From Saprospiraceae bacterium (GTDB lineage Bacteria; Bacteroidota; Bacteroidia; Chitinophagales; Saprospiraceae), in the NCBI GenBank assembly GCA_042095835.1, contig JBELML010000010.1, forward strand, positions 21,186 to 85,185: a DNA stretch of 64,000 bases, given 5' to 3'. This document shows, piece after piece, positions 62,469 to 64,000 of this stretch. Numbering within the stretch: the stretch's first letter is position 1; each line of letters begins with the position of its first letter. The position numbers and the translations under genes are program-made. The notes under the pieces are model-generated. The model was not told the DNA's origin. It searched no databases and worked only from the letters and a program-made list of their open reading frames with translations.

Positions 62469-64000
62469 CTACGCTGCGTCAAGGTCAATAATAAAGGTCG
62501 TTCCTACCTTTTCTACGGTTTCAAAGTAAATTCGACCACCAAATTGCTCAATAATGTTCCTACTCATCGATAAACCAATCCCTGTTCCAGAGGATTTTGT
62601 TGTGAAATTTGGATAAAAGACTTTCTCCTGGAGTTCAGGCGCTATGCCCTGGCCATTATCCTTAATGCGCACCTGATATCCCTTTCCATTTTCTATCAAG
62701 GATACTTCAATACAAGCCTGCCGATCATCGGGAATAGCCTGAATAGCATTGGTCATTAAATTATTAAACACCCGAATCAACTGATCTTTGTCTGCCCTAA
62801 TCATCGCAGTACTCACCTCCATCGAGAGTTGAATGTCTGTACCCGACTCTTGAGTTCTAAATAAATCGACTACCGAAGCTAATTGGCTTGCAAGATCCAA
62901 ATCGACCATTTCCGCTTTTGGCATTTTAGCAAAATTCGAAAACTCATTCGCAATTTTGGTAAGACCTTCAATTTGTTCTACTAGAGTAGCCGATACTCTT
63001 TTTAATAAGGGCCCAATTTCATCGGGATTCATTTGGTAGGCTCTCAATAGGTGCTGTACACTCAGCTTCATAGGCGTCAAAGGATTCTTGATCTCATGCG
63101 CTACTTGCTTGGCCATTTCGCGCCAAGCGCCTTCTCGCTCTGATAAACGTAGCTGTCGGGTGCTATCCTCTAACTTATCCAAAGCTTGGTTGTATTCTTG
63201 AATGAGTAGACCTATTTCATCTTCATTTTTCCATACCAATGGCGTATTTGACCCCAACTTCAGTTGCCGCAGCCCTCGACCTATTGCATTGATGGGCTCT
63301 GTAATCGAATTGGCTACCCAGATCGCTACACCCCCCGCGATGAACATAAAGAAAACATATAAACTAAAGATAGAGCCTACAAAATTATTGATCTCCAACT
63401 GACTAGCTGGATCAGAGTAGGAAAATGGAATGGCGATATAAGATTCAATACTACCGCTTGGTCCATTGATGGTATTAAAAATGGTCTGCCGTTGGGATTC
63501 CCTACTGATCGCATAAGGTAGCAACTGAATTTTTAATATTTCTAGAACACTCGGTGGCATATACTGCTGCACAATAGGTTGAGGGAGCTTGGAATAAATC
63601 AAAGCGCCTTGTCGGTTGTAGAGTGCAAATGATTGGGTACTGCCCTCCAAGCCTAGCCTATCAATACTTCTTCCATTGGCATCCAACAGCACCAGGTCCT
63701 CTTCTAATGCAGCCTTCAAAGTCTCCATTTCGCTCAGCACCAATCGATCTTTGCGTTCTGTAGCTATCGACTTGAAATAGAAAATCGTCACTACTGCAAT
63801 CACAATGGAGCTCGCCAAGATGATCCCAATAATAGAAAGCTGTATCCGATTCTGTAGGGAATGGCGCGTTTGAAAAAGGCCATAGAAAAAAGGAGGCAGT
63901 ACAGGTGTAAGCGTTTGCAAAGCGACCATAATCAAGATAATGGCCAAGAGCAACACAAAAAACACCGCAAAAAGAGACAAGGGTTTAAAGTAGCTCCCCA
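62469..64000 (-). CDS. Membrane sensor histidine kinase (HAMP, HisKA, HATPase; NtrY-like), N-terminus probably off the right window edge
   Basis: H-box AHEIKNPLTPM, N-box FNNLMTNAIQA, G-boxes DNGQGI and GTGIGL, and a HAMP-like segment. The ORF-track start at 63980 is a TTG, and the frame stays open to nt 64000. Confidence 0.8.
   Translation of the reverse strand, partial: GSYFKPLSLFAVFFVLLLAIILIMVALQTLTPVLPPFFYGLFQTRHSLQNRIQLSIIGIILASSIVIAVVTIFYFKSIATERKDRLVLSEMETLKAALEEDLVLLDANGRSIDRLGLEGSTQSFALYNRQGALIYSKLPQPIVQQYMPPSVLEILKIQLLPYAISRESQRQTIFNTINGPSGSIESYIAIPFSYSDPASQLEINNFVGSIFSLYVFFMFIAGGVAIWVANSITEPINAIGRGLRQLKLGSNTPLVWKNEDEIGLLIQEYNQALDKLEDSTRQLRLSEREGAWREMAKQVAHEIKNPLTPMKLSVQHLLRAYQMNPDEIGPLLKRVSATLVEQIEGLTKIANEFSNFAKMPKAEMVDLDLASQLASVVDLFRTQESGTDIQLSMEVSTAMIRADKDQLIRVFNNLMTNAIQAIPDDRQACIEVSLIENGKGYQVRIKDNGQGIAPELQEKVFYPNFTTKSSGTGIGLSMSRNIIEQFGGRIYFETVEKVGTTFIIDLDAA

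Noticed and set aside
1-64000. Search for defence or mobile gene systems: restriction-modification, CRISPR-Cas, toxin-antitoxin, retron/DGR reverse transcriptases, integrases, transposases, phage genes
   Set aside because: I recognised no nuclease, helicase, methyltransferase, reverse-transcriptase, recombinase or phage-structural motifs in any ORF of 60 aa or longer. The only mobile-DNA signatures are the non-autonomous MITE-like elements.

Overview
This 64-kb chromosomal window appears to come from a Bacteroidota genome. That is an inference from T9SS genes, type-A and type-B T9SS C-terminal domains, a TAnnTTTG promoter box and paired LytS-type kinase/LytTR regulators. The gene content looks like a gliding, Saprospiraceae-like organism, but I cannot verify taxonomy. 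I support about 45 protein genes, and reading by eye I found no rRNA, tRNA, CRISPR, transposase, integrase or recognisable defence genes.

Gene order, left to right:
- T9SS core porU (5' end off-window) and porV.
- An M48 peptidase, a small acidic repeat protein and a trypsin-like peptidase.
- A small islet holding a glycosyltransferase and an orphan protein with a LigA/NHLP-like N-domain, which abuts a 5'-truncated DJ-1/PfpI remnant.
- mlaFE.
- A six-gene same-strand run: SDR, SDR, iodotyrosine-deiodinase-like nitroreductase, NRDE, ATP-grasp, PPTase.
- A beta-helix exoprotein whose signal peptide starts on ATA.
- A serine hydrolase.
- A LytTR two-component pair divergent from an ABC ATPase and a 1168-aa permease::M1-peptidase fusion.
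- A PorP/SprF gene followed by two giant type-B-CTD surface proteins, one with five cohesin-like modules.
- M1 peptidase with a DUF6702-like protein, a deaminase, a sulfatase and a split YeeE/YedE pair.
- A second LytTR pair with an outer-membrane barrel, and a third type-B-CTD protein.
- GH3 beta-glucosidase, fRMsr, and a YtrA-type ABC/GntR operon.
- A TPR protein and a histidine kinase that runs off the 3' edge.

The most interesting non-genic structure falls into three groups:
- A roughly 250-bp MITE-like element in two copies with TA flanks, plus a related 158-bp element.
- A perfect 130-bp tandem duplication carrying a variable heptad microsatellite just upstream of bglX.
- C-poor G/T-rich repeat blocks that bracket bglX on both sides.

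No single unambiguous novel system is evident. The best candidates are the PorP/SprF-coupled cohesin-like scaffold protein and the LytTR-controlled ABC/permease::M1 module. All domain calls are motif-level readings by eye and need HMM confirmation.
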